Of a stretch of 64,000 nt of DNA, positions 24,256-34,135 are shown piece after piece (positions within the stretch are counted from its first letter, which is position 1; each line of letters opens with the position of its first letter). The DNA comes from a bacterium. Its GTDB lineage: Bacteria > UBA6262 > WVXT01. The notes beneath the pieces are model-generated. The model was not told where the DNA came from, searched no databases, and saw only the letters and a list, made by a program, of their open reading frames with translations. The translations under genes and the position numbers were made by a program. The stretch spans positions 1 to 64,000 of the forward strand of contig JBHIBS010000001.1 of NCBI GenBank assembly GCA_046759165.1, read 5' to 3'.

Positions 24256-25271
24256 AATTCTATCTCCTCTACCAGAATACTGTTAACAAATATTCTCGCT
24301 TTTGCTTTCCCCAAAACTTGTATGGGCAATGAAATCTTCGTCCCAGGAGAATGCATTTTATGGTACACTTCCCTTTCACCTTGGCCATCCACTACCACAA
24401 TGAGAACATCCTTATCTAAAACTCCCTGGGAAACCTCATAATATATCATTGCTTCACGGATTATTTTGTGCACTGCGCTTTTCTTTGCTACAGTTACTTT
24501 GACTATAGTATCTTCATCGATGATTTCATCCCAGTGAGGTTCTTGTTTTAAAATAGTCCCTTCGGGAACGTTATCATTTACAGTTTCTTTAATTTCACCT
24601 AGGGGTAAATTCATATCTCGCAATATCTTCCGGGCGCTGCGAATATTTTGGCCAAGCAGATTGACCATTAAAGGCACCTCTGCTTCTCTGGCTGGACCAA
24701 GACTTACTACCAGATTAATCATGCTTCCCCTAGCAACGATCTCTTCAGGTGAAGGATCTTGCGCTATTACAAAGTCTTTTTTTATCTCCTCCGAGTAAAT
24801 TCCTGTCTCCTCGCCCAGAACCAATCCTGCCTGACGGAGGAGAATCTTTGCCTCGCGTAGAGACTTCCCTACAAGCTGAGTAACGAAGATAACCTGACCG
24901 CCAGAACTAACGGTAACTTTAATAACTTTTCCTTCCTTCACTACCGACCCTGGCAGCGGCTCCTGGAAAATAATACTGCCATCTGGTATATTCTCATTAT
25001 ATTGTTCACCAACTTTCTTAATATATAAGTCCTGGTCACTTAAAATCTGGAGAGCCTGCCCCACAGTCTTTCCGGTCAGATCAGGAACCATAACCTCTTT
25101 CTTCTGATGAACAACTACCCCCATCAGTTGGTTGAAGATGAGAATTCCAAATACTATAGAGGCGGAAGTAGCCAGAATGAGCTTAATAAATTTTTTTATC
25201 CCCTGTTGGAGAGAAAAAAAACCAAGTAAGATAACAGAAATTAGAATTAGAATCCCTAATATTACTTTCAT
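24252..25271 (-). CDS. Membrane-anchored triple-PASTA protein without kinase domain
   Basis: Two N-terminal hydrophobic segments; VPDLTGK..QEP.PG, LVGKS..QDP and NLLGQ..QEP repeats. Confidence 0.85.
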   Translation of the reverse strand: MKVILGILILISVILLGFFSLQQGIKKFIKLILATSASIVFGILIFNQLMGVVVHQKKEVMVPDLTGKTVGQALQILSDQDLYIKKVGEQYNENIPDGSIIFQEPLPGSVVKEGKVIKVTVSSGGQVIFVTQLVGKSLREAKILLRQAGLVLGEETGIYSEEIKKDFVIAQDPSPEEIVARGSMINLVVSLGPAREAEVPLMVNLLGQNIRSARKILRDMNLPLGEIKETVNDNVPEGTILKQEPHWDEIIDEDTIVKVTVAKKSAVHKIIREAMIYYEVSQGVLDKDVLIVVVDGQGEREVYHKMHSPGTKISLPIQVLGKAKARIFVNSILVEEIEL

Positions 25272-25296
25272 CAGTTGACCTTTAACGATAAGCTCT

Positions 25297-26670
25297 TCAC
25301 ATTCTTACCATCCGACATGCAAACATGCCATCCATGTGGTGGCGATGAGGATAAATCTTCAAGAAACCATTTTCATCAACAACCTCTTCTTTAGAAACAG
25401 GAAGATAGGGCTTAACTGATTCCAGATGGAATAATGGTCTCTCTTTTAAGAATTTCTCAATAACTTTCTCGCCCTCTTCCGGTTCCAAACTGCAGACTAC
25501 ATAAACTAAAACACCTTTTGGTTTAACGCATAAAGAGACCTCATCTAAAATTACAGATTGCAACTGCGGCATTTTGACCAGAGTCTCCCGATAATCTCTA
25601 TTCCAACGAACCTCCGGCTGACTCTGGATAATTCCCAGACTGGAGCAAGGGACATCCACAAGGCATCGGTCAACTTTTTTAGAATAAACCGAACTGGCCT
25701 TAGATGCATCCAAAAGCTCCACTTTCACATTGGTTACTCCCAAGCGCATACAGTTTTCTTTAATCATCTCCAATCGAGGTTTACGGATATCTAAAGCAAT
25801 AATTGAACCCCTATTTTTCATAAGTTCTGCCATATGTGTAGTTTTTCCGCCCGGGGCCGCACAAGCGTCCAACACAGTCTCCCCAGGCCTGGGTGCAAGA
25901 ATATAACTGATGAGTTGAGAACTCTCTCCCTGGACAGTAAATAGCCCCTTCCTAAAAGATTCCAATTGAGTCAGAGAGATAAAATCTCTTATTTTCAGTC
26001 CCCTAGGAGCAACTGAGCTCACCTCCACTTTCAAATCTTCATCTTCCAGGGCACGGATAAGATCTTCCCGGGTAGTTTTCAGTGTGTTTGTGCGAATAGA
26101 AAGGGGGGGTGCTTGATTATTGACTTCGCATAACTGAATTGTTTCCTTTTCGCCGAATCGCGACAGCCACCGTGTAATTAACCATTGTGGATGAGAGTAC
26201 CTTATGGAAAGATAGTGGGATAGATTTTTTTGTTGGTCAGGATAGATAATATTTTCTATATTATCACTAACTGCACGTAGTACTGCATTGACCAGTGAAA
26301 CGATACCGCTGTGTTCAAATTCCTTGCTCATCTCCACTGTCTCGTTAATTGCTGCGTAGGCAGGAATCCTATCGAGATACATTAACTGATAAGCTCCCAA
26401 CCTCAAAATATTTCTCACATAGGGGGAGAACTCTTCTATCTTTCGCTTTAAGCTATAGGTATTCAATACCCAATCTAAAGTGTTGAGACGGCGAATCACC
26501 CCATAGATCAATTCGGTAACTAGTGCCCTATCCTCTTTTGATAATTCGTGAGACGAGAGTGCACTATCTAAAGCAACTCTGCTATAGGCATTTTTTGCCT
26601 CAATCTTGTATAGGACTTCTAAAGCAATTCTCCTAGCTGACAATTTCATTTTTTCCCCACATATCACCAA
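25297..26670 (-). CDS. rsmB: 16S rRNA m5C967 methyltransferase RsmB/Sun
   Basis: NusB-like N-domain, YSHPQW, LDACAAPGGKT, DVPCS. Confidence 0.95.
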   Translation of the reverse strand: MVICGEKMKLSARRIALEVLYKIEAKNAYSRVALDSALSSHELSKEDRALVTELIYGVIRRLNTLDWVLNTYSLKRKIEEFSPYVRNILRLGAYQLMYLDRIPAYAAINETVEMSKEFEHSGIVSLVNAVLRAVSDNIENIIYPDQQKNLSHYLSIRYSHPQWLITRWLSRFGEKETIQLCEVNNQAPPLSIRTNTLKTTREDLIRALEDEDLKVEVSSVAPRGLKIRDFISLTQLESFRKGLFTVQGESSQLISYILAPRPGETVLDACAAPGGKTTHMAELMKNRGSIIALDIRKPRLEMIKENCMRLGVTNVKVELLDASKASSVYSKKVDRCLVDVPCSSLGIIQSQPEVRWNRDYRETLVKMPQLQSVILDEVSLCVKPKGVLVYVVCSLEPEEGEKVIEKFLKERPLFHLESVKPYLPVSKEEVVDENGFLKIYPHRHHMDGMFACRMVRM

Positions 26671-27601
26671 CTGTTAGTCGGGCACCCTGAAGATAATCAT
26701 AAGCCCTCTGGATAGGCTTACCTTCTGGCTGAACCCGAGTAACCAGAAGGCCTCCTTCCCCGCAGGCAACTACAAATCCTTCTCCCTTTCTAATTTCCAC
26801 AATCTCTCCTGGCTTAGGAAGATCTCCCTTGTTAGCCTCAACGGGTAGTGGCGTAATCTTGGCTTCCAATATCTTCACTTTCTTTCCACCATTTACTTTA
26901 ATGTAAGTTCCGGGCCATGGATTCAGGGCCCGAATTCGATTGAGTATCTTGCCAGATGAGTCATTCCAATTAATTTTGCCATTTCTTTTCTTCAAGAAAG
27001 GCGCATAACTGATGCCAGAGTTATTCTGAGGATGAGCAGAAACTCTACCCTCTCTTATCAAATTGAGTGTCTCTTCCAATAAAATGATCCCTACTTCGCA
27101 TAATTTGTTCAGTAAGCTCAAATAATTGTCATCGGGGTCTATGGAAATCTTTCTCTGTAAAATAATGTCTCCCGCGTCCACTTCTTCTTTCATAAAGATT
27201 GATGATACTCCTGTATAAGAATCGCCGTTAACAAGCGCCCAGTGCACAGGAGCGGGGCCACGGTACTTGGGAAGCAGAGAAAAATGGATATTCACACAAC
27301 CCTTCCTTGGAATACTCAGTACTTCGGACGACAAGACTTTTCCAAAGGCAACAACCACAATTAAATCTGGGTCTAACTCCCTAACACTTTTCACAAAATT
27401 GATGTCGCCAATCCTCTCAGGTTGAAAGAGAGTAAAGTTTCTCTCCAAAGCAAATTTCTTTACTTCCGAGTATTCCAAACGGTGTCCCCGTCCACTAGGG
27501 CGATCTCCTTGGGTGACAATGGCTACAATTTCGTCACTCTCCATTATCTTTCTCAAGAACTGGACGGAAAAGTCAGGTGTTCCCATAAAAAAGATACGCA
27601 A
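26633..27601 (-). CDS. fmt: Methionyl-tRNA formyltransferase
   Basis: FMGTPDF, NIHFSLLPKYRGPAP, RALNPWPG. Confidence 0.97.
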   Translation of the reverse strand: MRIFFMGTPDFSVQFLRKIMESDEIVAIVTQGDRPSGRGHRLEYSEVKKFALERNFTLFQPERIGDINFVKSVRELDPDLIVVVAFGKVLSSEVLSIPRKGCVNIHFSLLPKYRGPAPVHWALVNGDSYTGVSSIFMKEEVDAGDIILQRKISIDPDDNYLSLLNKLCEVGIILLEETLNLIREGRVSAHPQNNSGISYAPFLKKRNGKINWNDSSGKILNRIRALNPWPGTYIKVNGGKKVKILEAKITPLPVEANKGDLPKPGEIVEIRKGEGFVVACGEGGLLVTRVQPEGKPIQRAYDYLQGARLTVGDMWGKNEIVS

Positions 27602-27707
27602 CTTTTCCTCCTAGTCCCAGTTAGGCACTCCCGAGTTTGAGATAGCACGAAGTTACTTTTAATAATACCAGATTTTTTACCTTTATACAAATTTTTTATT
27701 CCCCCTC

Positions 27708-29702
27708 TCAAAGCACACTGAGAGGATCAACGTCGACATTAATCTCTACCCCTTTCCGGCCAAATCCAGGGTAGTGCCTCTGGAAAAATTCACCAATAGA
27801 CTTTATATCAGTGGTTTTGATAATAATCTGCCACCGGTATTTTCCTGCAATCTTATTTAGGACGGCCGGGCCAGGTCCCAGTATAGTGCCTTGATTAATC
27901 TCTCTTTTCAATAGAGAATTAATCTTCTCAGATGCTGCTATTACTTTTTCTTCGTCTTTTCCCTTTACCAAAATAATTACTAAGTTAGTAATGGGCGGAT
28001 AGTTCAACTCTTTTCGAAATTCTATCTCCCTCTCGTAGAATGTGCGGTAATTATGCTTAAGTGCCATTTTTATGCTATAATGACCGGGATTGTAAGTCTG
28101 CACGATAACCTCACCACCCTTGGGTCCTCGCCCGCTCCGTCCGGCGACCTGCGTAATTAGAGCGAAGGTTCTCTCTGCAGAGCGGAAATCTGGCAGATTT
28201 AAGGCTGTATCCGCTGAGATTATTCCAACCAGCGTAACATCCGGAAAATCCCACCCTTTGGCCACGAGCTGAGTACCCACCAAAATATCGACCTTTCGCT
28301 GGCGAAACGCATTAAATATTTTCTGTGCAGCGAACCTATAATGCATTGTGTCGATATCCATTCTCATAACTTTTGCTGGGGAAAACATCTTCTTCACTAT
28401 CTGTTCTACTTTCTCAGTCCCAGTCCCAAAATAGCGAATTTTTCTACTGCCGCACTTAGGGCAGAATCTTGGCGCTTCATCGTGATGGTTACAATAGTGA
28501 CACTTGACCTTTTTCTCGTCAAAATGGTAGACCATGGAAACGTTACAATTTGGACATTTTAACACAAAGCCACATTCTCGACATAAGATAAAAGTGGAAT
28601 ATCCTCGCCGATTTAAGAAGAGGATAATCTGTTCACCTCTTTTTAGTCTCTCAGTAATGGCTTCAGAAAGTTTCAGAGAGAGGATGCCTTGATTGTTTCT
28701 CTCTCTCAGTTCTTCACGCATGTCAACTACATCTACTGAAGGAAGAGACTTCTCATATATCCTTTCCGGAAGAGTTAAAAGTCTATATGGTTTTACTCCC
28801 GTTAAGGCCCGATAGAAAGCCTCCAGAGAGGGAGTTGCTGAACCCAGGATCAGAGTTGCTCTCTCAAGCTCAGCTCTCTTCTCTGCTAATTCTCTGGTAT
28901 GATACAGAGGTCTCTTTTCCTGCTTGTAAGAAGTATCATGTTCCTCATCAATTATTATTAGGCCCAAATTTGGGAAAGGCGCAAAAATTGCTGACCTTGG
29001 TCCAATCATTACATCTATTTTCCCCTGGTAGGCGGATTGCCAAGTTCTATATCTCTCCCCCTGGGAAAGACGACTGTGCCAGAGGCCGATTCGACTGGAT
29101 CCGAATCTCTCTTCAAAAATACTCAAGAATTGTGGGGTCAATGATATTTCGGGGACCAAAAATATGGACTGTCTTCCCACCTCCTGAGCTTGAGCTATAC
29201 CCTGCAGATAGACCTCTGTCTTGCCACTGTCAGTTACCCCGTGGATAAGAAATACACTAAACTTTTTCTCTTTTATACTATTTTGAATCGGCTTTAGTAT
29301 TCTCTTCTGCTGTGGAGATGGTATAAAGGCGGAAAAGACCTTCGGCTCTTGTTCTTTAATCTTTCCCCTTAGTTTTACGGGCCGAAAATTGTGGGGAAGT
29401 ATTGTATCCAGAGCCTGTCCGAGAGAACAGACATAATATTTGGATATCCACCTAGCCAGCTCTAATAGATGTGTAGAAATTAACGGCTCTTTATCAACGA
29501 CTTCGTCAATCATTTTTAGACCTTTTAGTTCCAACTTTGTTAAGCTATCTACAATATATCCTATCCTTTCTTTGGTTCCAAAAGGTGCCATTACTCTTCT
29601 TCCTACCAGTCTTTCCGACTCGAGTTCAATCGGAAGCGAATAGTGGAAAATTCTATTAAAGGGCATAGGAAAAACAACCGACACGCATCTTTGTATAGCC
29701 AT
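27708..29702 (-). CDS. priA: Primosomal protein N'
   Basis: GVTDSGKTEVY, IIDEEHD, SATPS, two Zn-finger CxxC pairs, QVAGRSGR. Confidence 0.97.
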   Translation of the reverse strand: MAIQRCVSVVFPMPFNRIFHYSLPIELESERLVGRRVMAPFGTKERIGYIVDSLTKLELKGLKMIDEVVDKEPLISTHLLELARWISKYYVCSLGQALDTILPHNFRPVKLRGKIKEQEPKVFSAFIPSPQQKRILKPIQNSIKEKKFSVFLIHGVTDSGKTEVYLQGIAQAQEVGRQSIFLVPEISLTPQFLSIFEERFGSSRIGLWHSRLSQGERYRTWQSAYQGKIDVMIGPRSAIFAPFPNLGLIIIDEEHDTSYKQEKRPLYHTRELAEKRAELERATLILGSATPSLEAFYRALTGVKPYRLLTLPERIYEKSLPSVDVVDMREELRERNNQGILSLKLSEAITERLKRGEQIILFLNRRGYSTFILCRECGFVLKCPNCNVSMVYHFDEKKVKCHYCNHHDEAPRFCPKCGSRKIRYFGTGTEKVEQIVKKMFSPAKVMRMDIDTMHYRFAAQKIFNAFRQRKVDILVGTQLVAKGWDFPDVTLVGIISADTALNLPDFRSAERTFALITQVAGRSGRGPKGGEVIVQTYNPGHYSIKMALKHNYRTFYEREIEFRKELNYPPITNLVIILVKGKDEEKVIAASEKINSLLKREINQGTILGPGPAVLNKIAGKYRWQIIIKTTDIKSIGEFFQRHYPGFGRKGVEINVDVDPLSVL

Positions 29703-29796
29703 AAGTAGGTCTCTCCGCCCTCGATTTAAAGGATAGTTTGTAGAGAGCTTTTCTAATTTTAGCCAAAAAACGGAGGTTGAAGCCTGGGGCTACGTA

Positions 29797-30162
29797 TTAA
29801 AGCTTAAACTTTTCAGCCCAATCGCTTATGATTGGACACTTCCAGTAGTTCCCTTTAAGAACTTGAACGATTCCCACAAGAGACAGGAAAAAAAGAACCA
29901 AAGATCCTCCTGCAAAAATTAGCTGGCCCACAACTGGAATCATATTTACAGCTACAAGAGCGACTTCCAGAAGAAAAATAACGAATCCTTGCTTAGCATG
30001 GAAAATGGCAAACTTGTTAACCTTCCTCGAAAATACCGGAAGCATCCTCAATGTGGAGAAATAGACAATGGGAACCAAACAGAGAATTGACAGGTAAGTT
30101 ATCACTCCAAAAATTTTCCCCTCCATAATTATCCCTTCTTCATTTCTTGGTCCCTCTGCCAC
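29797..30162 (-). CDS. DUF4870-like small membrane protein
   Basis: YLSILCLVP...FHAKQG...P.I; hydrophobic segments. Confidence 0.7.
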   Translation of the reverse strand: MAEGPRNEEGIIMEGKIFGVITYLSILCLVPIVYFSTLRMLPVFSRKVNKFAIFHAKQGFVIFLLEVALVAVNMIPVVGQLIFAGGSLVLFFLSLVGIVQVLKGNYWKCPIISDWAEKFKL

Positions 30163-30892
30163 AAAAATTACCTCCCATTATCATAGCCTTCTTTATCTTC
30201 TTCACATCTTCCCACACTTCCCTTTTTCTCGCCGGGTCTCTCAAAAGATATGCTGGATGGTAAGTGGGAATGACCTTTATAGGCTGTCCAAACCCTCCAT
30301 AAGGCGGACAAAAATCGTGGAACTTACCACGAAGTTTCCCAATGCCCTCACTTAAGTTTAAAAGCGCCTTGGTAGCCGGTGAACCCAAAGTACAGATGAT
30401 TTTGGGCTTGATAATTCCAATCTGTTTAAGCAAGACTGGAAGACACTGAGCTACCTCATCCTGAGTTGGCGGTCGGTCATTACCTCTCATCTCGGGGTGG
30501 GTGGGATCTCTCATTGGATGACATTTCACAATATTGGAAATGTATACTTCTTCTCTGGTCAGCGCAATCGATTCAATTATTTTGGTTAAAAGCTGTCCAG
30601 CTTTCCCCACAAAGGGAATTCCCAACCGATCTTCATCGAAACCGGGCCCCTCACCAACAAACATTAATTGAGCTTTGGAATTCCCGGCTCCGAACACCAA
30701 ATTTGTCCTCGTTTTCCCTAATTTACACTTTTGACAATCCTCTACGCTCCTTGCCAAATCATCTAAGGCTTGTGATCCAGCCCTCCTTTCTTCCAGATGT
30801 TGCACAAACTCTCTCACTCCCCTATCTCTTTCTTGCTCAAGAAACTTCCTAGTTATTGAAATTAACTCAGCAAACTCTTTGCGTCTATTCAA
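30140..30892 (-). CDS. udg: Uracil-DNA glycosylase family 4
   Basis: CQKC, VGEGPG.DED..G.PFVG, NIVKC, TYHPAYLLR. Confidence 0.93.
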   Translation of the reverse strand: MNRRKEFAELISITRKFLEQERDRGVREFVQHLEERRAGSQALDDLARSVEDCQKCKLGKTRTNLVFGAGNSKAQLMFVGEGPGFDEDRLGIPFVGKAGQLLTKIIESIALTREEVYISNIVKCHPMRDPTHPEMRGNDRPPTQDEVAQCLPVLLKQIGIIKPKIICTLGSPATKALLNLSEGIGKLRGKFHDFCPPYGGFGQPIKVIPTYHPAYLLRDPARKREVWEDVKKIKKAMIMGGNFCGRGTKK

Positions 30893-30907
30893 TTCTAAGT
30901 CCTAAGC

Positions 30908-32122
30908 TCATTTCATAAATTCTTTTGCTTCCGATAGTATCTTTTCGGCTATCCTTTCCTTTTTCATTTTCCGTAAGAAGATTTTTTTTCCTGACTTTAT
31001 GAAAATTTTAACTGTGGCTTCATCTCGGCTCATTACTTGAGGAGCATTAGCTATAATCATATCGAGATTCTTCCCTTTCAGTTTCTCGCGGGCGTTCCTT
31101 TCCAAATCTCTTGTCTCTAAGGCGAACCCAATTAAGAATTTCGCGCCTTTCTGTTTGCCCAATTGACCGAGTATATCGGGGTTCCTTATCAAATTTATAC
31201 TTTTCCTTTTCAGGTTGCTTTTAATTTTATCTTTCTCCCTCTCCTCTGGGCGGTAATCGCTGACAGCAGCGGAAGCAATAACCACATCGGAGCGAGGAAA
31301 GTGTTTTACGACTTCCTTTTCCATATCCAGGGCTGACTCTATAAATATGGTCTTCAGTCCTTCTGGTGGTGCAATATTTGTAGGACCGCTAATTAATATT
31401 ACCTTTGCCCCTCTCCTTTGGGCTACTTCAGCCAAAATATAGCCCATTTTGCCCGAAGAAGCATTTGATATAAACCTCACTGGGTCCAGGTACTCATGAG
31501 TGGGACCGGCGGTAATGAGAAAAGTCTTACCTACCATATCTTTTTCCCTATCCAAAATATCCTTAACACCCTCTATAATCTCATCATTACTAGCTAACCT
31601 TCCTAAGCCAATCTTTCCTGAGGCGAGCTCCCCGAATCCCGGTCCAATAAATTTGAATCCCTTCTCTTTCAACTTTTCAATGTTGGCTTGTGTGAAACTA
31701 TTCTTATACATAGTTTCATGCATTGCTGGTGCTATTAAAGTAGGGGCCTTGGTTGCCAAAACGCTAGCTGTCAGGAGATCGTCAGCAATGCCAGTGGCTA
31801 ATTTTGCAATGGTGTTGGCTGTAGCAGGGGCAATCAAAATTAAGTCTGCTCTTTCGGCCAAGGAAATATGCTCGAGTTTCCATTCTTCCCGCAAATCGAA
31901 AAGATTTAGATAGACTCTATTTCCAGAGAGAGTCTGAAGAGTTAAAGGGGTGACGAAATGAGTAGCTGACCTGGTCATTACCACAAAAACTTCAGCACCC
32001 AACTCTTTTAGGCAAGAAACTATCCCACAGGCCTTGTAAGCAGCAATACTGCCTGTTATGCCTAGAACGATTTTTCTACCCGAAAAGGGTTTATTTTCCT
32101 TCAGGTTTCTTTTTCTGGACAC
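30908..32122 (-). CDS. coaBC: Bifunctional phosphopantothenoylcysteine decarboxylase/synthase (start placed at GTG 32122)
   Basis: GITGSIAAYK, APATAN, PAMH, TAGPT.E.LDPVRFISN.SSGKMG, GFALET. Confidence 0.95.
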   Translation of the reverse strand: MSRKRNLKENKPFSGRKIVLGITGSIAAYKACGIVSCLKELGAEVFVVMTRSATHFVTPLTLQTLSGNRVYLNLFDLREEWKLEHISLAERADLILIAPATANTIAKLATGIADDLLTASVLATKAPTLIAPAMHETMYKNSFTQANIEKLKEKGFKFIGPGFGELASGKIGLGRLASNDEIIEGVKDILDREKDMVGKTFLITAGPTHEYLDPVRFISNASSGKMGYILAEVAQRRGAKVILISGPTNIAPPEGLKTIFIESALDMEKEVVKHFPRSDVVIASAAVSDYRPEEREKDKIKSNLKRKSINLIRNPDILGQLGKQKGAKFLIGFALETRDLERNAREKLKGKNLDMIIANAPQVMSRDEATVKIFIKSGKKIFLRKMKKERIAEKILSEAKEFMK

Positions 32123-32126
32123 TTTC

Positions 32127-32348
32127 CTATTTTGAGGCCTTTCCCTTTGTGGTTCCCCTCCGATTGATATCCTTACTGGCCACTTCGTATAGCGCTTCCA
32201 CAATTCTCTCAGGTGTCATCTTGATTTTTCCGTCTTTCTTCGTTTTCTCTTTTAATAACTTTGAGGTTAAAAGGATCAACTTGTATTTATTAGATACATT
32301 ATCGAGCAACAATTTATCGAGTGGAGGTTTAGCTTTGTCTTTTCCCAT
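32127..32348 (-). CDS. rpoZ: RNA polymerase omega subunit (divergent)
   Basis: LL..V.NKYKL...AL.E pattern; gmk-rpoZ-coaBC order. Confidence 0.75.
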   Translation of the reverse strand: MGKDKAKPPLDKLLLDNVSNKYKLILLTSKLLKEKTKKDGKIKMTPERIVEALYEVASKDINRRGTTKGKASK

Positions 32349-32396
32349 TCTTTCTAATCCAGCTAAATCCGGAATTTGGCAGATTTAAACATTTCG

Positions 32397-33005
32397 CTAC
32401 AGAAGATTCAGTTTCTGTATCTTTTCTTTCGACCTTCTTACTCTATTCTTTTCCGCCACTACAATGCATTTAAGCTGCCTGAAAGCATCTACTAATCGAT
32501 CATTAATCACTAAATAGTCATAACTTCTTAGCCGTCGTATTTCCCACCGAGCATTAGTGAGTCTTTTTTTAATAGTTGCAGCGTTGTTCCTCCTTCGTCC
32601 CTTAAGCCTTCCCGCCAATTCAGAAAACGAGGGAGGTGCAAGGAAGATAAAGACCGCCTCAGGATACTTCTTCTTCAATTTCATCGCACCCCGCACATCT
32701 ATGTCCAATATAATGTCTTTCCCTTTAGCCAGATTTCTTTCCACAAAATCCTTAGGCGTACCGTAGTAGTGACCATGAACGAATGCCCACTCTGCAAGCT
32801 CAGCCATTTTGATCTTCTTTTTAAACTCATTCCTTGAGACAAAGAAGTAATCCTTCCCCTCAGCTTCTCCACGCCGCGGATTTCTTGTAGTGACCGAGAC
32901 CGAATAGCAGGCGTTTGGAAGATCGTTAATTAATTTTCTGCAAAGAGTCGATTTACCTGTACCCGAAGGAGCAGATATAATTATGAGTAGTCCAGATTCA
33001 ACCAT
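32397..33005 (-). CDS. gmk: Guanylate kinase
   Basis: SAPSGTGKST, TTRNPR.GE..GKDY, YYGT, LDIDV.GA. Confidence 0.97.
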   Translation of the reverse strand: MVESGLLIIISAPSGTGKSTLCRKLINDLPNACYSVSVTTRNPRRGEAEGKDYFFVSRNEFKKKIKMAELAEWAFVHGHYYGTPKDFVERNLAKGKDIILDIDVRGAMKLKKKYPEAVFIFLAPPSFSELAGRLKGRRRNNAATIKKRLTNARWEIRRLRSYDYLVINDRLVDAFRQLKCIVVAEKNRVRRSKEKIQKLNLL

Positions 33006-33010
33006 TAGTT

Positions 33011-33325
33011 TTACTTCCGTTTGCTTAATTTATACTGATTCGTTCTAGGAGAAGTCTCTAGCATCTTCTTGTCGGCCTTTTCTCTCTTCTGTTGAAATCT
33101 CTCGCTAATCGTCTCTGGCTGCAATGCGGATAAGATAACGTGGTTACTATCCGTAATGATTACTGAGCGGGTACGCCGGCCACGGGTGGCATCAATCAAG
33201 CTACCCCTCTCTTTGGCTACTTCTATCAACCTTTTCACGGGCGAAGAATCGGGATTAACTACCGTGATAATTCTCTGGCCAACAACTATGTTACTAAAAC
33301 CTATATTAATCAATCTCACTACCAT
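33011..33325 (-). CDS. remA: DUF370 / RemA family protein
   Basis: [31 protein letters not shown]; upstream of gmk. Confidence 0.9.
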   Translation of the reverse strand: MVVRLINIGFSNIVVGQRIITVVNPDSSPVKRLIEVAKERGSLIDATRGRRTRSVIITDSNHVILSALQPETISERFQQKREKADKKMLETSPRTNQYKLSKRK

Positions 33326-33366
33326 TCTTTCTCCTTTGGGAACGGTTATATTAAAATTAAACCGAT

Positions 33367-33395
33367 ATTATAATTAAAGGTGGGCAAGATGTCAA
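33367..33395 (-). promoter_or_regulatory. Consensus sigma70 promoter for remA-gmk-rpoZ-coaBC
   Basis: Perfect TTGACA-17nt-TATAAT; the -35 box overlaps the upstream TGA stop. Confidence 0.8.
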
Positions 33396-34135
33396 ATACT
33401 AATTATTCTTATATTACCCCAGAATCCAAACTGGTCATCCTTAATTATAACTACTCCCTTAATCCCTTCAATACTCTTGGCAAAATTGATTCCTTTGGCA
33501 ATATCTCGACTCTCCTTTATTAAATTCCCCATACCGGTAGCACAGGCATCAGCCAGAGCACTGGAATTAGAAACGGCCACCGCCACATCGGCTCGACCGA
33601 AACTGAAAGAATGACCCTGAGTTCCACTTGAAGCACAGATCCCAAGGGGAGTATCTGCGGGATGGACTTCAAGACCAACCCGGTTAGAAACCTCATCGGA
33701 TCCACAGTAGATTCCTACCTTGCGGAGTTTAGTAGTTTTTATAAAGACATCACCACCATTCTCAATTAATACATCCGAAATCTCCTCAGACAATTTTCTT
33801 CCCACCGCACCAGCGATCGCGCCGGCCACTGAGGCAAAAGGGCCTACATTGGCAAGCAGCGCTGCACGGGCCATCTCTTTAATAATTTCTGGAGCATCAG
33901 AATCTACAGCCACAGGTCGAAAACTCACCTCAAAAATCGGGTAATTCCTTATATAATTCTCAATATCCCGCCGGCATTCTTCTATCAATTTCTCTGTTTT
34001 CGCGATGATACTTTCTAGATTTCCCTTTTTTCTCTTATCCACAGCTACGTATATGTCTGTTTCTTTCTCCTTAATTCTGAAGCTCACTAGGTCTTTGCTT
34101 TTGAACAATTCGCGATATCTTCTTTTCTCTCCCAT
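33392..34135 (-). CDS. UPF0280 family (ApbE-like) protein
   Basis: ETD, VGPFASVAGAIA, ENGGD, SSGT.GHS.SFG.AD, ADA.AT. Confidence 0.9.
   Translation of the reverse strand: MGEKRRYRELFKSKDLVSFRIKEKETDIYVAVDKRKKGNLESIIAKTEKLIEECRRDIENYIRNYPIFEVSFRPVAVDSDAPEIIKEMARAALLANVGPFASVAGAIAGAVGRKLSEEISDVLIENGGDVFIKTTKLRKVGIYCGSDEVSNRVGLEVHPADTPLGICASSGTQGHSFSFGRADVAVAVSNSSALADACATGMGNLIKESRDIAKGINFAKSIEGIKGVVIIKDDQFGFWGNIRIISI

Noticed and set aside
32123..32203. Long N-terminal extension of CoaBC in the ORF track
   Set aside because: It overlaps rpoZ; the GTG at 32122 is the more plausible start.
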